From: Eledone cirrhosa
Lineage: Eukaryota
Assembly (NCBI GenBank): GCA_964016885.1
Contig: OZ024752.1
Span: 11,470,001-11,534,000, forward strand
Length of the DNA stretch: 64,000 nucleotides
Direction: 5' to 3'
The translations under genes and the position numbers were made by a program. Below, piece after piece: positions 43,102 through 57,235 of this stretch. Under the pieces are notes generated by a model. The model was given only the letters and a program-made list of their open reading frames with translations. It was not told the origin of the DNA and searched no databases. The first letter of the stretch is position 1; every line of letters starts with the position of its first letter.

Positions 43102-45052
43102 CATAAACCTAACCAAAACTTACATTACATACACTCACAATCCAATCACCCTAGATCTATCCTTAAAAACCTAGCATATAATATCTCACTCAGAATTTCT
43201 AACCTTTCATCCAACCAGGATGTATTCGATAAAAATGCGCCCTTTTGTAACGAAGCTTTAGCTAGAAGCGGCCACAAAAACAAATTAGTCTTGCACCAAT
43301 AATACTTCAAACATACAACCCAATATTACCAACAAACATCAACTGAAAAACCCACACCTAAATGCCACTCATACTACACCCAAAAATACCAACCAAAAAC
43401 TTAATTTCTCTACCTCTTCTCACATAAAATATGACTTTCAAAAAACCATTCATCCTAATACTCCAATATATGTTAACAACATTACTAATAAAATTCCTAG
43501 TAATCAGACTAAAACACCTAAATCAGTTAATCTAACTAAACCTATATTTAATAAAGTCACTAATAGTAACTCTCTTAGTAAACATCATGATACATCGTAT
43601 AAATATAAAAAACAATATCGAAACCGTAATAGACGGGTTACTTGGTATAATGCTCCATTTAATCTACAAATTAAAGATAATATCCCTCAAAAACCTTTTA
43701 CTATCCTAGAGAAAAACTTCCCGCCAAACCATAAATACCATCAAATTTTAAATAGATCAACTGTCAAATTTTCCTATTCCGCTACCAAAAATATACAACA
43801 AAATATAAGTGCGTACAACGCATATAAATGTAATAAAACCACGAATATACCACCAACACATCAAACCAACCATAATACTAAAATAAACCGCAACAAACCG
43901 CCATCTCCTTCATCTATAACAAGTCGAGTAAATTCCACACCAAATTTGCCTAACTCCCCTGATATAATATTCACGAATGGTTGTAACTGTAGAATCAAAA
44001 GAAATTGCCCATTAATGACATAGTCTATAAATGTAAAATTAGCATTAAGGATTCCACTTATTCATATATAGGAGCTACGTCTAACCAATTAAAAGTAAGA
44101 TTTAATACCCACAAACATAGTTTTAAAAATGCCGCATTAGCTAATACAACATCCTTGGCAGAAACAATTAATAATTATAGAAAAAAGAATATATTACAAC
44201 CTGACCCGGAGTGTGTTCAAAAGGGCCACCCCTTATCAAAATAACAGATATGAGTGTAGATTACGCTCCCTGGAACTTTTTGAAATAATGAAATCTAAGG
44301 CTATCCTATTAAATAAGCGGCAAGAATTAATTATATCTTGCAATCATAGAATTAGAAGGACCTTCAAATATTACAAACCTAATTAACATACACCTTACAC
44401 TTATATTTTACATATTATTATAATTAGTTTTTTTTAATTTAGTTAACCTATAATTAGTACTTTACTACAGAGAATTTCATAATTTTATTTCCCTCATACA
44501 GCTCTCTTTTCCTAAAATTCATTCTGAGGCGAGGCAATCTGTAGTGGTTGTTCTTGTTAAGTACATCTGACCTCTACTCTTATGTTGATAGTGGTCAGAT
44601 GTACTTAACAATAACAAGAACAACTACTACAGATTGCCTCGCCTCAGAATGAATTTCTATAGACTTTTGACTGAGGAATGTTCTCACAACTGACCAATGA
44701 TAGGAGATGTCCTTTGACGCTGAAATTCGTTTGTTTAAATTCATATGATTCCAGTTCCTCAGTGAAATAACAACCCAACCAGGAACTGGGCATATCAGAG
44801 TATTGACAAAGTTAAACACCTCAACAACATGTGTACTCGTCTCTGCCACACTAATTCGGACTGCCTGAAGAGGTCACAGCCAAAGATGGCTGTCACCGAA
44901 ATATATATAGCAGTAATAAACGAAGCCAAATTTGACTTATTTATTTTATTTTATATTACATTACTCCGGAGTAACTAAACCAACCTGCGCACTTCGTCGA
45001 GTGCTCCATCTGCATACTAGGTGTTGGTATACAAGCAACATATACTCAAAAT
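43102..45052 (+). mobile_element. 5'-truncated Penelope-like retroelement (RT thumb + GIY-YIG endonuclease + 3' pseudo-LTR), Naiad-like; ORF remnant ends at 44386
   Basis: [102 protein letters not shown]; frameshifted; ends in (TA)n. Confidence 0.9.
44860..44914 (+). ncRNA. Type I hammerhead ribozyme in the 3' pseudo-LTR of the Penelope-like element
   Basis: actgc-CTGAAGA-ggt c acagcca aaga tggctgt c acc-GAAA-tatata-TA-gcagt. Confidence 0.9.
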
Positions 45053-45275
45053 TTATATATATATATATATATATGTATATGTATGCGTATGTGTTTATAT
45101 GTATATATATGCGTATGTGTGTGTATGTGTGTATATATATGTGTATATATATATATATATGTATATGTATATGTATAATATATATATGTATATATAAGAG
45201 CGCTTGCCACACATCTCGGAAGTTGTTTTTCGCTAATTCCAAAGCCGAAATACGATTCTCGGTAATTTATATTTG

Positions 45276-45366
<91 letters not shown>

Positions 45367-45373
45367 CTGTGTG

Positions 45374-45448
<75 letters not shown>

Positions 45449-45455
45449 CTGTGTG

Positions 45456-45520
<65 letters not shown>

Positions 45521-45625
45521 CTGTGTGTATGTATATATATATATATATTTGTGTATGTGTATTTATATATTTTGTATATGTGTATTTCTGTAGATGTGTT
45601 TGAATATGTTTATATATGTGTATAT

Positions 45626-45697
<72 letters not shown>

Positions 45698-45803
45698 ATA
45701 TATATATATATATGTGTATATATATATATATGTATTTATATATATATGTGTGTGTGTGTGTGTATGTATATGTATATGTATATATATATATGTCTGTGTA
45801 TAT

Positions 45804-45835
<32 letters not shown>

Positions 45836-45896
45836 GTGTGTGTATATATATGTATATGTATATATATATATATTTATATATGTGTGTGTGTGTGTG

Positions 45897-45929
<33 letters not shown>

Positions 45930-45930
45930 A

Positions 45931-46290
45931 GTAATAATAATAAATTTGAAGACTAAAATCCAAAGAGGGCTCGATAAGGATAAATATATATCAAATATAT
46001 AAGAACCGTAGAGCAAATATTTATTAAAATAACAGATTAAAGTTTAAGCAAAGAATCGCTGCTTTCACCCTTAACGGGATCTTCTGAAACTAACAAAGTC
46101 AATCTGTAAACGCAGAAGTGGATATTTCAAAAAACGTTGCAACCGGAGGAAGACAGGAAGACGATACTTTGGTTCGTGGAAACGTTCCCTGGCAAAGAAC
46201 GGGAAAAACGAATAATACGTCATTAATAGGAGCGGTGAAAAACAATTACACGCAAAGACAGAACCACGTTTATTGTATAAAAGAATGACC
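45931..46290 (-). mobile_element. Family H element with hammerhead (46041-46091, core CAGAAGA)
   Basis: Minus: agttt-CAGAAGA-tccc gttaa gggt-GAAA-gcag cgattct ttgc-TT-aaact; tail near-identical to 58940-59058. Confidence 0.75.
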
Positions 46291-46292
46291 TC

Positions 46293-46519
46293 CAACCAAT
46301 GACCTCCACCCATCCCACTCCCCACCCTCTCCTACCACCTGAAAAGATATAAATACCACAACATTTATTTTGGAAAGCCAGATTCCTGATGATTTCTAAA
46401 GAATGAAACAGTTCTAGTCCTGTAGAATCTCATCTATATTAAAACTTTTATACTCTGCAATGTATTGAGTACCTTTCTTACTGTGGTTCCCTCCGATTCA
46501 ACCCGGAATAACTTACCTA
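46293..46519 (+). mobile_element. Family A tail-bearing arm; intact hammerhead at 46380-46430
   Basis: Hammerhead identical to 13536-13586; upstream part is the reverse complement of 42082-42168. Confidence 0.85.
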
Positions 46520-46571
46520 TATATATATATATATATATATATGCATGTACGTATATATATGTGTGTGTGTA

Positions 46572-47523
46572 TGTTCTTCTGGATTTATAATTTTATAAAT
46601 CTTCAGTAATAGAGAGAGAGTCGGTTTTTAACAAAGACACAAAACTCTTCCATTGGAATTTACACAACATCAACTAAGTAGATATGTATGCATGCCTGCA
46701 TGTGTGTGTGTGAGCAGGTATGGATGTTATTGTATGTGTGGATGTGGATGTTCTCAGTCGTATGTGTGCATGTGTATATGCTTTGTACCTGTACATGTGT
46801 ATATGCAAATATTAGAGGCAAAATGTTTGGTATATTTTACATATTTTTTTACTGTTTTTACTGGATTGTACTTGTAATTTCCTAACTAGTCGTGTTCTTT
46901 CTGTTCCTGTGAAGCCCAGCTTCTCAATATGTGTATCGAGGCAGTTACTAACATACCCCAGTACCCCAATAAACACAGGTATAAATGTGAAGGTATAATC
47001 AGGGTGGAGTATCTGCAGATTTGCCGTTAGTTCTGCATAAATATTCTCCTTTCCGCTGATCTTCAATATTATATTAACATCTGCTGGGCAGCTAACTTCC
47101 ACTACTGTGCATGCCTTCTTTTCCATGTCCCATATCATTATATCTGGTCTGTTATGCCTGCATTTTATTGGGTTTTTTACTGGAACATTCCACCAGTACT
47201 CTTTCATATTATGTATATGTATGTCTTCCACATTGCTGTAGCTTTTAATGTGTTTATTATCGGGGCTATATTTTCTACGGATTGCATTGTACAGTGTTTT
47301 GACCACTACATCATGCCTCATAGGTAGATAGTACCGTGATGACATCTTTGTACAGCTGTTTATGACATGGGTGACATCTTCGATGTTAATTCTACAGTCT
47401 GCACTTGTCACTTCTAGGTGTTTTGCCTGCATCCCTATCTCTTTTGTGAATCAGGTAATTTGTATTGATTTACCGTTCTTGGGTTGCATCAAAAGCATAT
47501 CCTTCAAAGTGAGAGCCAATATA
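46572..47523 (-). mobile_element. R4/Dong-like RLE LINE 3' fragment (same family as 33015-35352)
   Basis: ORF 46812-47432: RHDVVVK...RPDIMIWD..VVEVSCP..KENIY; shared 3' UTR. Confidence 0.92.
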
Positions 47524-47656
47524 TGTATGTTTATATGTATGTATGTACGTATGTATGTATATATATATATATAAATATATAATAATGTGTGAGTATATAC
47601 ATATGTGTGTGTATATATATGTGTGTATATATATATATGTATGTGTGTATATATAC

Positions 47657-47736
<80 letters not shown>

Positions 47737-48355
47737 ATGAGTATATATGTATGAGTGTATATATATGTGTGTGTATATATATATATATGTGTGTTTGTGT
47801 GTCTATGTATATATATATGCATTTGTGAGTGAATAATATTATTAGATTATTAATATTCAATACGTTTACAAGAAAACTCCCTCATAAAGCGATGTGTTTT
47901 GTTCTAGATGTAGCAGAGAGAGAAACAATCGACTATTGTTTCAGTGTTATGGCCCTTTGTCAAGATTATATATCTCTCTCTTTTCTGCTATACACTGGAA
48001 CACTTGATAATATAGAGTATTCTCTAACATATACATATCTATATATGGATATACATGTGTGTGGTTATGTGTGCGTGTTCGATCTATCGAATTACTCGGA
48101 TTATTTGGAATTTTGGAATCCAATCGATTGAATAACTGTAACAGACAATCACTATAAGAAATAATAGCTTTAGAAATCGGATAAAATATATTTAGATTCA
48201 GAAAAGTTTTACCAGCAGCCATTATTAAGAATCGATATCCGTGTCTCCCTAATTCTGGCCAAGCACGTTACCCCTTGGCCATAATATGAGAGACTCGGTG
48301 TTCGATTGAAATCAATCATTCATTTTTCTTTCAAATATGCAACACTACTTTAAGT

Positions 48356-48548
48356 AAGTGTTTCTACTTTTGGCACAAGGCCAGCAATTATCCCAGTAAA
48401 TTACTGGTACTTTATTTTATCGACCTCGTAAGGATGAAAGGCAAAGTTAACCTCGACGGGATTTGAACTCAGACCGTAAAAGAGTGTAAGTCTATGCTTC
48501 AAAGCCTGGCGCCAGACCCTCTATCGATACTGCCAACCTATCGCCCCT
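48356..48548 (-). mobile_element. SINE family 1, full length
   Basis: Consensus match. Confidence 0.9.
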
Positions 48549-48584
48549 TTAAATAATGTAATCCTAGACACTTCTGATGGAACT

Positions 48585-48900
48585 TACTCTTAGTCTTAGG
48601 TCTTAATATAGGCTAGGGCATATTGGGCAATGGTTCTTCTCCAATTTTCACGATCTTCTGCGACATCTTGCGTAGTTTCTCGGTCCAGTCCAATCCTTTG
48701 GAGATTTCTTTAAAAGTTGAGCACGAGGTGTCCTTCGGTCTCCTCTTTCTTGCTTACCACCGACTGGGATCCATCTCACATTGTTACAGAGGGGTTCCGA
48801 CACTCAGACCTGCGCAGAATGCGTCCAGCCAGTTTCAGAAACTGATGTAACTTCATGACTGAAACGAATTGTCCGAAGCTACTCAACAACAGCAGTTCTT
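48585..48900 (-). mobile_element. RTE-type LINE 3' end fragment
   Basis: Minus: WIPVGG..RGRPK..QDVAEDRENWRRTIAQ with a (ctaaga)-type tail. Confidence 0.6.
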
Positions 48901-50405
48901 AACTCTCCAGTATTTTCTAACATAGAATATTCCCCGTTCAGAATGTCCAGGGTGGCGCAGTGACCAAAGGGTTTGGTGGGGGCGGTAGAGATGATATAAT
49001 AGTATATTAAATATCAAATGATACATATGTAAATATAGTACAATAAAAAATATATAATATATATTTAAACATAGTATATATTATATTATTTATTATATAT
49101 AAATTAACGATTTTATTTATTATATATTAATTACAATTTGCGTGTAGGCAGGTCTCTCTGGAAATAGGGTTGGGGGTGCTGAGGATAATATGTGATCGTG
49201 AGTGGAGCAGTAGCCCCAAACGTTTCAGAACCCCTGTTTCAAATAAACGTAACAGACACATCGTGGTCGTTTGTGTCTTGGATTCTATTTAAAGAAAAGA
49301 TATATCTGTTGGTCATTTCACCAGAGTAATTCTAAAGTACATCTTGTATGAGTGTCATAGTCCCCTTCTTTATTCATTTTGTCTTTGTAAATACGATTGA
49401 CCCTCCTACCCACCCATTATCGTCTCACTATATACAGCTGAAACATTTGGTAGTGATCAGCCGCTCCATTTACTACTGGACGGGGGTGCGTGTTGTACGT
49501 GGTTCAATAAATAGCATCCTCATCTTCCACTAATTAAACCTTACAAATGAGGAGACACATTTGATAATAGATTCTTAGGTACACTATACTGAAAGAATGG
49601 CAAGATTGTCACGACATGAACTAATTTGATCATATAGCTGTTTATTCAGAGTGGACCTGGGGCTAAACAACAACTAGACATTAGAAAACATGATACTCTA
49701 GAGTGTTCTGAGCTGTATTCATCATGCTTATCGTTCTCAACTTCAAATGCTGACTTGGAAAATGTGAATTTGCGGAAGATATTTGGCAAATGAAAGAACG
49801 TCTATTCATTCAAATGTCGTTCAATATTGAATACAACTTCCATAATAAAATTGCTAAAAGAGCAGAAAGCGATCAATACTCTATTGAGTGTGCGTCTAAC
49901 TTAGCAAATGTAACGGAAACATTAAGCAGCCATCTCCTGTGGGTAAGGTCAAATGTCAGAAGTACTATTTAACGTTATACTCGAGAACTCCTGTTCAAGA
50001 GTAATAAGTTGTATACGCCTTCAATTTTATGAGGTAGTGATAATTGAAAACTGTTGCCTTCTTTTCTCTATCAAGTCTATTGCTAACTTTAGTCGAGTAG
50101 AATATTAACAATGAAGAACTGACATTCTTACATCTACTTACATTCAAGTTCGGTGGAGTGTTAAACATGGTAACTTATCAAACTTAAATATGTGATGTTT
50201 AGTTTCGACTCCATCAGTTCAAATTTTATTAGGAGTTGATATTTTATTTATTCCTCCCGTATCGATGAAATATTTGATTGATCGGTATTGGAGATAACGC
50301 GGTTAAATATCTCGCTTACAAAGTTGTGCTGTCCTTCTACGAAAATCATAAACGTGACCCAACTGTTAAAATTTAATAACACATATACCACTTTGTAAAT
50401 CTAAT

Positions 50406-50705
50406 AATTGTTTCTACTTTTGGTACAAGGCCAGCAATTACCTCAGTGCATTACTGGTACTTTATTTTATCGACCCCGTAAGGATGAAAGGCAAAGTTAA
50501 CCTCGGCGGGATTTCAACCCAGAACGTAAAGGGTCATAACTCTACGCTGTAAAGCATGGTGTCTAACGCTCTACCGATACTGCCAATTCACCGCCCGAAT
50601 AATAATAATAATAATTGTTTCTACTTTTGACACAGGCCAGCAATTATCCAGTGCATTACTGGTACTTTATTTTATCGACCCCGTAAGGATGAAAGGCAAA
50701 GTTAA
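50406..50705 (-). mobile_element. Two tandem SINE family 1 copies (50406-50597 full; 50613-50705 partial)
   Basis: Consensus matches. Confidence 0.9.
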
Positions 50706-50777
50706 TAACAATAATAATGATTTCATTTATTAGCCACAAGGGCCGACATGTAGGGGAAAATAATAATAATAATAATG

Positions 50778-51235
50778 ACTTTAAAAAGAGGGTATGCCTG
50801 CTAATTGATATATCTGTTCCAAAAGACAAGAATGTGTCTATAAAAACATTTGAAAAATTGGGCAAGTATAAAGACCTGGAGATAGAGATTGGAAAAATAT
50901 GGAAGTTGAGAACTAAAACAATACCAGTGGTTGTAGGCGCTCTAGGAATGATACCTAAGGGGTCTAATGATTACTTATCCCAAATCCTGGGAAACCCGCG
51001 TATAGAAGAAATACAAAAGATGCTACTAGTGGGAACTGTCCATATACTAAGGAAGATTCTGTCAATATAAATACATCACAAGAGTAAACACCTAAAGATG
51101 CATGTGTGTGTATGTATGTTCTTTCTTGAACATGGCGGACCTTGTTGTCTGTTGAGGTCACTGGTTGTGACTTGGTGATAACTCGTATGAACATAAAACA
51201 AGAAATGAAAACAAAATAATAATAATAAATTGAAG
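50778..51235 (+). mobile_element. Dong/R4-type LINE 3' fragment (RLE domain), second family, in (TAA)n
   Basis: LLIDISVP.D.NVSIK.FEKLGKYKDLEIEI..IW...TIPVVVGALG...ILRKILSI; (TAA)n on both sides. Confidence 0.88.
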
Positions 51236-51345
51236 TTAATGGACTAACGTTATTCATAATTGGAAGCATCGTTTGAGAAAACATTAAAGACACATTCACC
51301 TTGAAGTGATACCAATGTCTTGGGCATTATTTTGGTAATGAATTG

Positions 51346-51578
51346 ACGCTCTACCGATACTGCCAATCCACCGCCCTTTGTACATCTAATAATTGTTTCT
51401 ACTTTAGGCACAAGGCCAGCAATTTTCCCAGTGCATTACTGGTACTTTATTTTATCGACCCCGTAAGGATGAAAGGCAAAGTTAACCTCGGCGGGATTTG
51501 AACTCAGATCATAAAGGGAGGTAACTCTATACTTCAAAGCCTGGCGCCCGACCCTCTACCGATACTGCCAATCCACCG
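51346..51578 (-). mobile_element. SINE family 1: isolated head (51346-51376) and full copy (51390-51578)
   Basis: Consensus matches. Confidence 0.9.
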
Positions 51579-53249
51579 TTCCTCTTCATGCAAGATGGAC
51601 CCTATCTCCTCCTCACACCATCCTATTTTCTATATTTTTGAATATATATTTTTGTGGTCTCATTCCCTTAATTGTTTGTGGTTCGGTAAAAAGTGCGCAG
51701 ATTAAGTGTTTCACTTCAGAGGAAGCTGGTACCGCCTCAATATTGGTATATTTCAGTATCTCGTTAGGAAGAAAATATAATTATTAATTCTCTGCCACAT
51801 TCTTCTGTTCGTATTCTGTTTACACAGGCATGTTGGAATAAAACAAAGTCCCAGGACTGCTGATTGACAGCCCTAAATTCCATGTTCAGGACAGTCGATT
51901 GAAAGAATCGTTATATTGTCGGACAGGATTTTTCAACTCCAACGGAGATCAACTTCATTTGTACTTCATTCGAGGTCACAGTCTTTTCTTCATTCACCAC
52001 CCCCAATATCCCCCCCTCTCTCTCCCACCCTCTCTCTCTCTCTCTCTCTCTCTGTTTAGTACTTATAATTCAAACGTCAGTATATGTCACATTGTCACAC
52101 CGGTTCGGTGATATGATTTGACGGTACGTGTCTTTGTGGAATACTCAACGGCTTTTCCGTTAATTCCACGAATAATAATTCAGCTTGTTCAACTGAACGC
52201 AACTCACTGAGACTGAGAGAGAATGCACCATTTCTAGCCCACAAAATACAATATATTACATTACACATACACGTATTCCTCTGTTTGCCTCTGTATATCT
52301 TCGTTTTGTGACGCTAAACTCCGCCAGTTGCAAACTGCGCATTAACATGTGATATCTCTCTCCACAAAGTTCGATCACCAGCAGCGGAGTTCAAAGAGCA
52401 AAGATCAAGTCCAGTCCATAAGTTGACATTGTCAAGTCATCGTTTTTTTCTGTATATATGTTTCGTTATAAACTTTCTTTCGTTAAATTAAGTTACACAC
52501 TTGAGTATGGCCTTTAGTCGTTCGTCCATATAATCCACCATAGGCTACCCTGCTAGAACACATTTAAAGACTAACCGTTTGTGCTATCTATCTTTACCTT
52601 CTCGATTCAACCTGAAATTTCTTCATCAAATAGACTATATGAATAATACTCATCTACTTCCGGTGTGCTGTCTCCTTAAATTTAATCTAGTTTCAGGATT
52701 ATGGATGGGACATTGAAAGTCACAACACATTTTTCATTCCATTTATCTAGAGAGTGACTCTTAGCTCGCATCTGGTTATGTACGACACTGGATATTTTCC
52801 AATCAATCATCTATTTCTCTTAAGCTAGAGCTATCTATCTCTATTGTAAGGTCAAACATTTTACACCCAAACAGCCGATCATGAATTCCTTTTATCTTTT
52901 CATTGCATAACCTACACACGTGTGTCACTTTCATCAAATTATTTCCATGAAATATTGATAAAAGCCATTCTTCTTTATTCCATGCTGCATTATCAATTCA
53001 CATATAATGATGAAAAAGTTTTCGTGGAATCTAACTTACATCTTAACCATCCATAGATGGTGTTTTGTTCTTTGTTTTTTACATTTGATCTAAGCTGTTA
53101 ATCATTTCTCTCAGTAACATTTTATCTTTATATTGCTTAAATGTTTCGTTTCTTTGAGATTTTTTCTGGCTGTTTACAATACACTATATTTACCTCCATC
53201 AGCCATATATATTTTCTCATTCATTTTGATATCATTATCACTAATTTTA

Positions 53250-54420
53250 GCATAATCTTTACATTATCCTTTCCTTGTTTTTTTAAATATTCCATGCTGT
53301 ATTATCTATTCACAGTTTTATTACCACATTACATGCCACCTTATCTGTTGTTCCTTTGTAAACATCTTTGATACTCACACCACCTCTGCCTCCATTTTCT
53401 CCTATATCCAGAATAATGTTTCAACACATTGTTCTCTTTCTGGAAGGCGATTCTCCCTGCTAGTCTTTTACGGCTTTTGCACCGATTGTTAAGGTTCTGT
53501 TTAACAGAATTAGATCACGTTCATCTGATCGTCAGCCACTGGAACAATCTCCTCAAATAACTTTTATATACTTTTCTGTAATAGTTTCAGTTTTACTAGT
53601 TTTCAGTGAATTTAGATTTTATATTGCAAATAACCTTACTACATCTCTTATTCCCCGCTGCTCAGAGTCAATACAATTATCGACTTCATTATATTCTAGA
53701 TCGAATAATCTCATACCTCTTTCTTAAGACCGCAAACTATATATTCTTTTCTATGATAATGCAGTTTGCGACTTCCAGCTAATAGGGCCATTCGAGGCAA
53801 TAAAAGTATTTGAAATCAAGAGTTCTGTATTGTACTTACTCGTTTCTTCTAGCATGTTATGGTCGAATAGTTCCCTATTTCTTTTCTTATTGTCAGGTCT
53901 TTCATAACCAAGACCCTGCGGCCTTCAACCAACCATAAATATAAAATCCCGAACTGCCACATTCTAGCAATGTTTAGACAAATCATCATGTATATATCTA
54001 TAAATGATTTCATTCAGTACCCAGTTATACCATCTAGTCTCGTTCCCTTCCAATCCCGCATTAGACTCATTCATTTCATGATATCCGCATGACTGATCCT
54101 AGTATCCCCTTGTTTCCAACCTTTCATCATTTCTTCAGCCTCTAATCATCTTTGCCTGGCTCTTGTTAATAACACCTTCTCCCCGAAGCTCAGTCCAGGA
54201 CCTGCTATCCACCTCTGGATTAGGGGTACAAAATGAATCCCCTCCTCCCAATCTCCTCTAAAATCTACTTTGTTTTATCACAAACTCCCTATTTCATAAG
54301 TACTCCTTAATTCTGTTGACATATGTCCTTACTTTGGTAGTTTTTGCAATAACTCTTTGTTTCAGACCTTCTAACGAGAAGTCCTTCCTCCTTAATTTGT
54401 ACATTTTGTTTAGTTCCTCT
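53250..54420 (-). pseudogene. Highly decayed LINE RT remnant
   Basis: Minus-strand KQGD, IY.DD-like and FKY motifs in the expected order, frameshifted. Confidence 0.4.
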
Positions 54421-54629
54421 TGATGACATATTGATGTAACCCAATATGTAACCCAATGTGCGAGTAAGAGTAGTTCGAGTGGGTGATTATTGTATTTGTA
54501 CGATGTGCTTTGATCATCTTATCAAAGTAAACAGGGAAATCTCACATGTTTGTGGTGACCAGGTCACCGTTATGTCGTGCGTTCTTTGTAACTGGCCCGG
54601 TGCCTAAATTTGGAATCATTATTATGGCA

Positions 54630-54925
54630 GTTCAAATCCCGCCGAGGTTAACTTTGCCTTTCATCCTTACAGAGTCGATAAAAATAAAGTACCAGTAATG
54701 TACTGGGTAATTGCTGGCCTTGTGCCAAAAGTAGAAACAATTATTATGGCAGTATCGGAAGAAGGCCGGACGCGATGATTTGGAGCATAGAGTTACGCCC
54801 CTTTACGGTCTGAGTTCAAATCCCGTCGCGGTTAACTTTGCCTTTCATCCTTACGGGGTCGATAAAATAAAGTACCAGTAATGCACTGGGGTAATTGCTG
54901 GCCTTGTGCCAAAAGTAGAAACAAT
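54630..54925 (+). mobile_element. Two tandem SINE family 1 copies
   Basis: Consensus matches; attattatggcagt repeated at both junctions. Confidence 0.9.
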
Positions 54926-55162
54926 TGTTATTTCTTCCAGTTTCATGCGAGACTCTCTTGCATCGCAAAGTGCACCACCGTGTCCTTAAGGGGTGTGTAT
55001 GCTATATTTTGTTTATGTTTTTGTAGGATAGAGAGTATACACTCCACTTGTTAGTGTTTTCGTTCTTTCAAGGTTTTAGTTTGTTTTCATAAGATATTTA
55101 AGTATTTTTCTGCTGTGTATTATACGTTTAATGTGAGCCATTATTCTATTAAGGGATATTAA

Positions 55163-55351
55163 GGGCGGTGGATTGGCAGTATCGGTAGAGGGTCGGACGC
55201 CATGCTTTCCAGCATAGTTACGTCCCTTTACGATCTGAGTTCAAATCCCGCCGAGGTTGACTTTGCCTTTCATCCTTACGGGGTCGATAAAATAAAGTAC
55301 CAGTAATGCACTGGGTAATTGCTGGCCTTGTGCCTAAAAAGTAGAAACAAT
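55163..55351 (+). mobile_element. SINE family 1, full length with TSD attattctattaagggata
   Basis: A/B boxes and flanking direct repeat. Confidence 0.95.
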
Positions 55352-55559
55352 TATTCTATTAAGGGATAATCTTGTAGAGTATCTATTGTGTAAGTAGTAT
55401 TATTTTATTTTATTAGCTGCCTATTTTAATAGGTTGTTGTGTGTTTTGTGTGTAGATATGTTCTGTTTTAGTTGTGAGATTGAATCGATATCTAACGCAG
55501 GATGTGGGTTCATCCTATCACATATATTTTGTTAATAGTGTGTAGCATTATGAGACCCT

Positions 55560-55702
55560 TTCCAGCATAGTTACGTCCCTTTACGATCTGAGTTCAAATC
55601 CCGCCGAGGTTGACTTTGCCTTTCATCCTTGCGGGGTTGATAAAATAAAGTACCAGTAATGCACTGGGTAATTGCTGGCCTTGTGCCAAAGGTAGAAACA
55701 AT
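55560..55702 (+). mobile_element. SINE family 1, 5'-truncated, TSD attatgag(a/g)cccttt
   Basis: Consensus match and direct repeat. Confidence 0.9.
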
Positions 55703-56961
55703 TATGAGGCCCTTTATGGCTTCTATGTTTTGGGGTTATATCTAGGGCACTAATTATTATTAGCAATGTTTTTACATTCATGTCCCATATATTGTACAGT
55801 ACACTTTCACAATTATTGTATTTTCAAATGTTTCCCTTCTTTTCGGGCACCATTTCGGTCAGATGGGTTTACGGTATCTCAGTGTTCATGTTGGTGTCTA
55901 GTCCGTGGTTATGCCTGAACGATGGGCGTTGATCTCGTTATGAACGTGAACAGACATATCGCTAATGATTGTAGCCAGGTCGATGTCATGTAGTACATTC
56001 GAAACATATTAATATCACTTCTTGTCCGTTTTTCAAATCGAAATGTTGGCATGTTGCCCTGTAGATAATGCTGCCAACTCGATTATGTCTGTGTATATAT
56101 TCAGACTTGGCAAGAGACGCCGGAAATGATATGGCCAGCCGTCTCGTTATGTTGGCTGCCCGGTCAACATTTGGTGTTCGGACACGCTTTTATTAATTCG
56201 TTCTCATAATTATTCGTGGCCAGATACTGGTCATATGGAGTGAGAATCAGTCCTTCTCTTTCTGGTTTTTGTCCAAAGTTTCTAAACAATTGCTGAATTT
56301 CATTTTAGTTTACTTCTCCGTCGAGTGGCTCTCTCTCTCCCCATTTCTTTCATAGTATATATTGTAACTCCACGTCCATGTCGGTTTTGTCTCTGTAGCC
56401 ATTTTTGTTGTATTGTTATCTAAAATTATTGTTTCGGAGTAGCTTAGATTTTATAATTTATTGCTTCTGTTGTGTACAGAGAAAAGTTTAATAATTGTTT
56501 ATCCTACACTTAGAGCCTTGATATATTTGCTTCCAAGTCTTTCCCCCTCCAGCTGTTGTCTAACACACATTTTCTGTTAGTGGCAGAACAGACCCTGCAT
56601 GTTTTTTATGATTCATGGAACACGTTTTAAAAATGAATATTTAGGTCGATATGATCGAATGATCGAATAAACCCTAGCAGGTGGTATCCGTCCATGGGTG
56701 CAATCAATTGGCTTAACCAACTACACGTGTGTTTAAAGTTGATGTTGAATGCATGGCTGCTGGTGGATCTATGTATGTTTAGTAAGATATCTGTCTACTG
56801 ATGATGGGTCGGATGTCATTATGGGGCCTGTTATTTAGTAATTGTTATTGGCACTATTTATTTGTGACACTACAACAGCTGTATAACCTATAGGATTCGG
56901 TTTTTACTATCTTTATACAAGTTCATTCGCTTGCTTTCCGACTTTCTAATGCCATTGTACA

Positions 56962-57012
<51 letters not shown>

Positions 57013-57015
<3 letters not shown>

Positions 57016-57215
57016 AATGAGTAGGACCCCGACGGCTGAGCTCAAGCCGTTTCGATGGCTAATTCTGGACTAAATTAGTCCAGAATTAGCCGTCGAAACG
57101 GCTTGAGCTCAGCCGTCGGGGTCCTACTCATTCCTATTACCCACTCTACTACCCTAAGTATTGAGTACTTTGGTGCGTTATGGTCCACCTGGTTCCTTAC
57201 CACATTTCCTTCGTT
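57013..57215 (+). mobile_element. Family B element, near-perfect ~120-bp palindrome + tail
   Basis: aggaatgagtagg...ctggactaa a ttagtccag...cctactcattcct; contains the 3' half of a hammerhead GAAA-cggc..gccg-TC. Confidence 0.85.
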
Positions 57216-57235
57216 ATATATATATATATATATAT

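Noticed and set aside
44387-44860. SECIS element or selenocysteine use, as reported for some Naiad elements
   Set aside because: No in-frame TGA at Cys positions in the visible ORF remnant and no convincing AUGA..AA..GA stem
51828-51960. Exon after a good acceptor (tctgtttacacag)
   Set aside because: All three frames stop within ~40 nt and no donor is nearby
55750-56650. Possible old LINE RT remnant (also ~52490-52900)
   Set aside because: Motifs too eroded to support without a profile search
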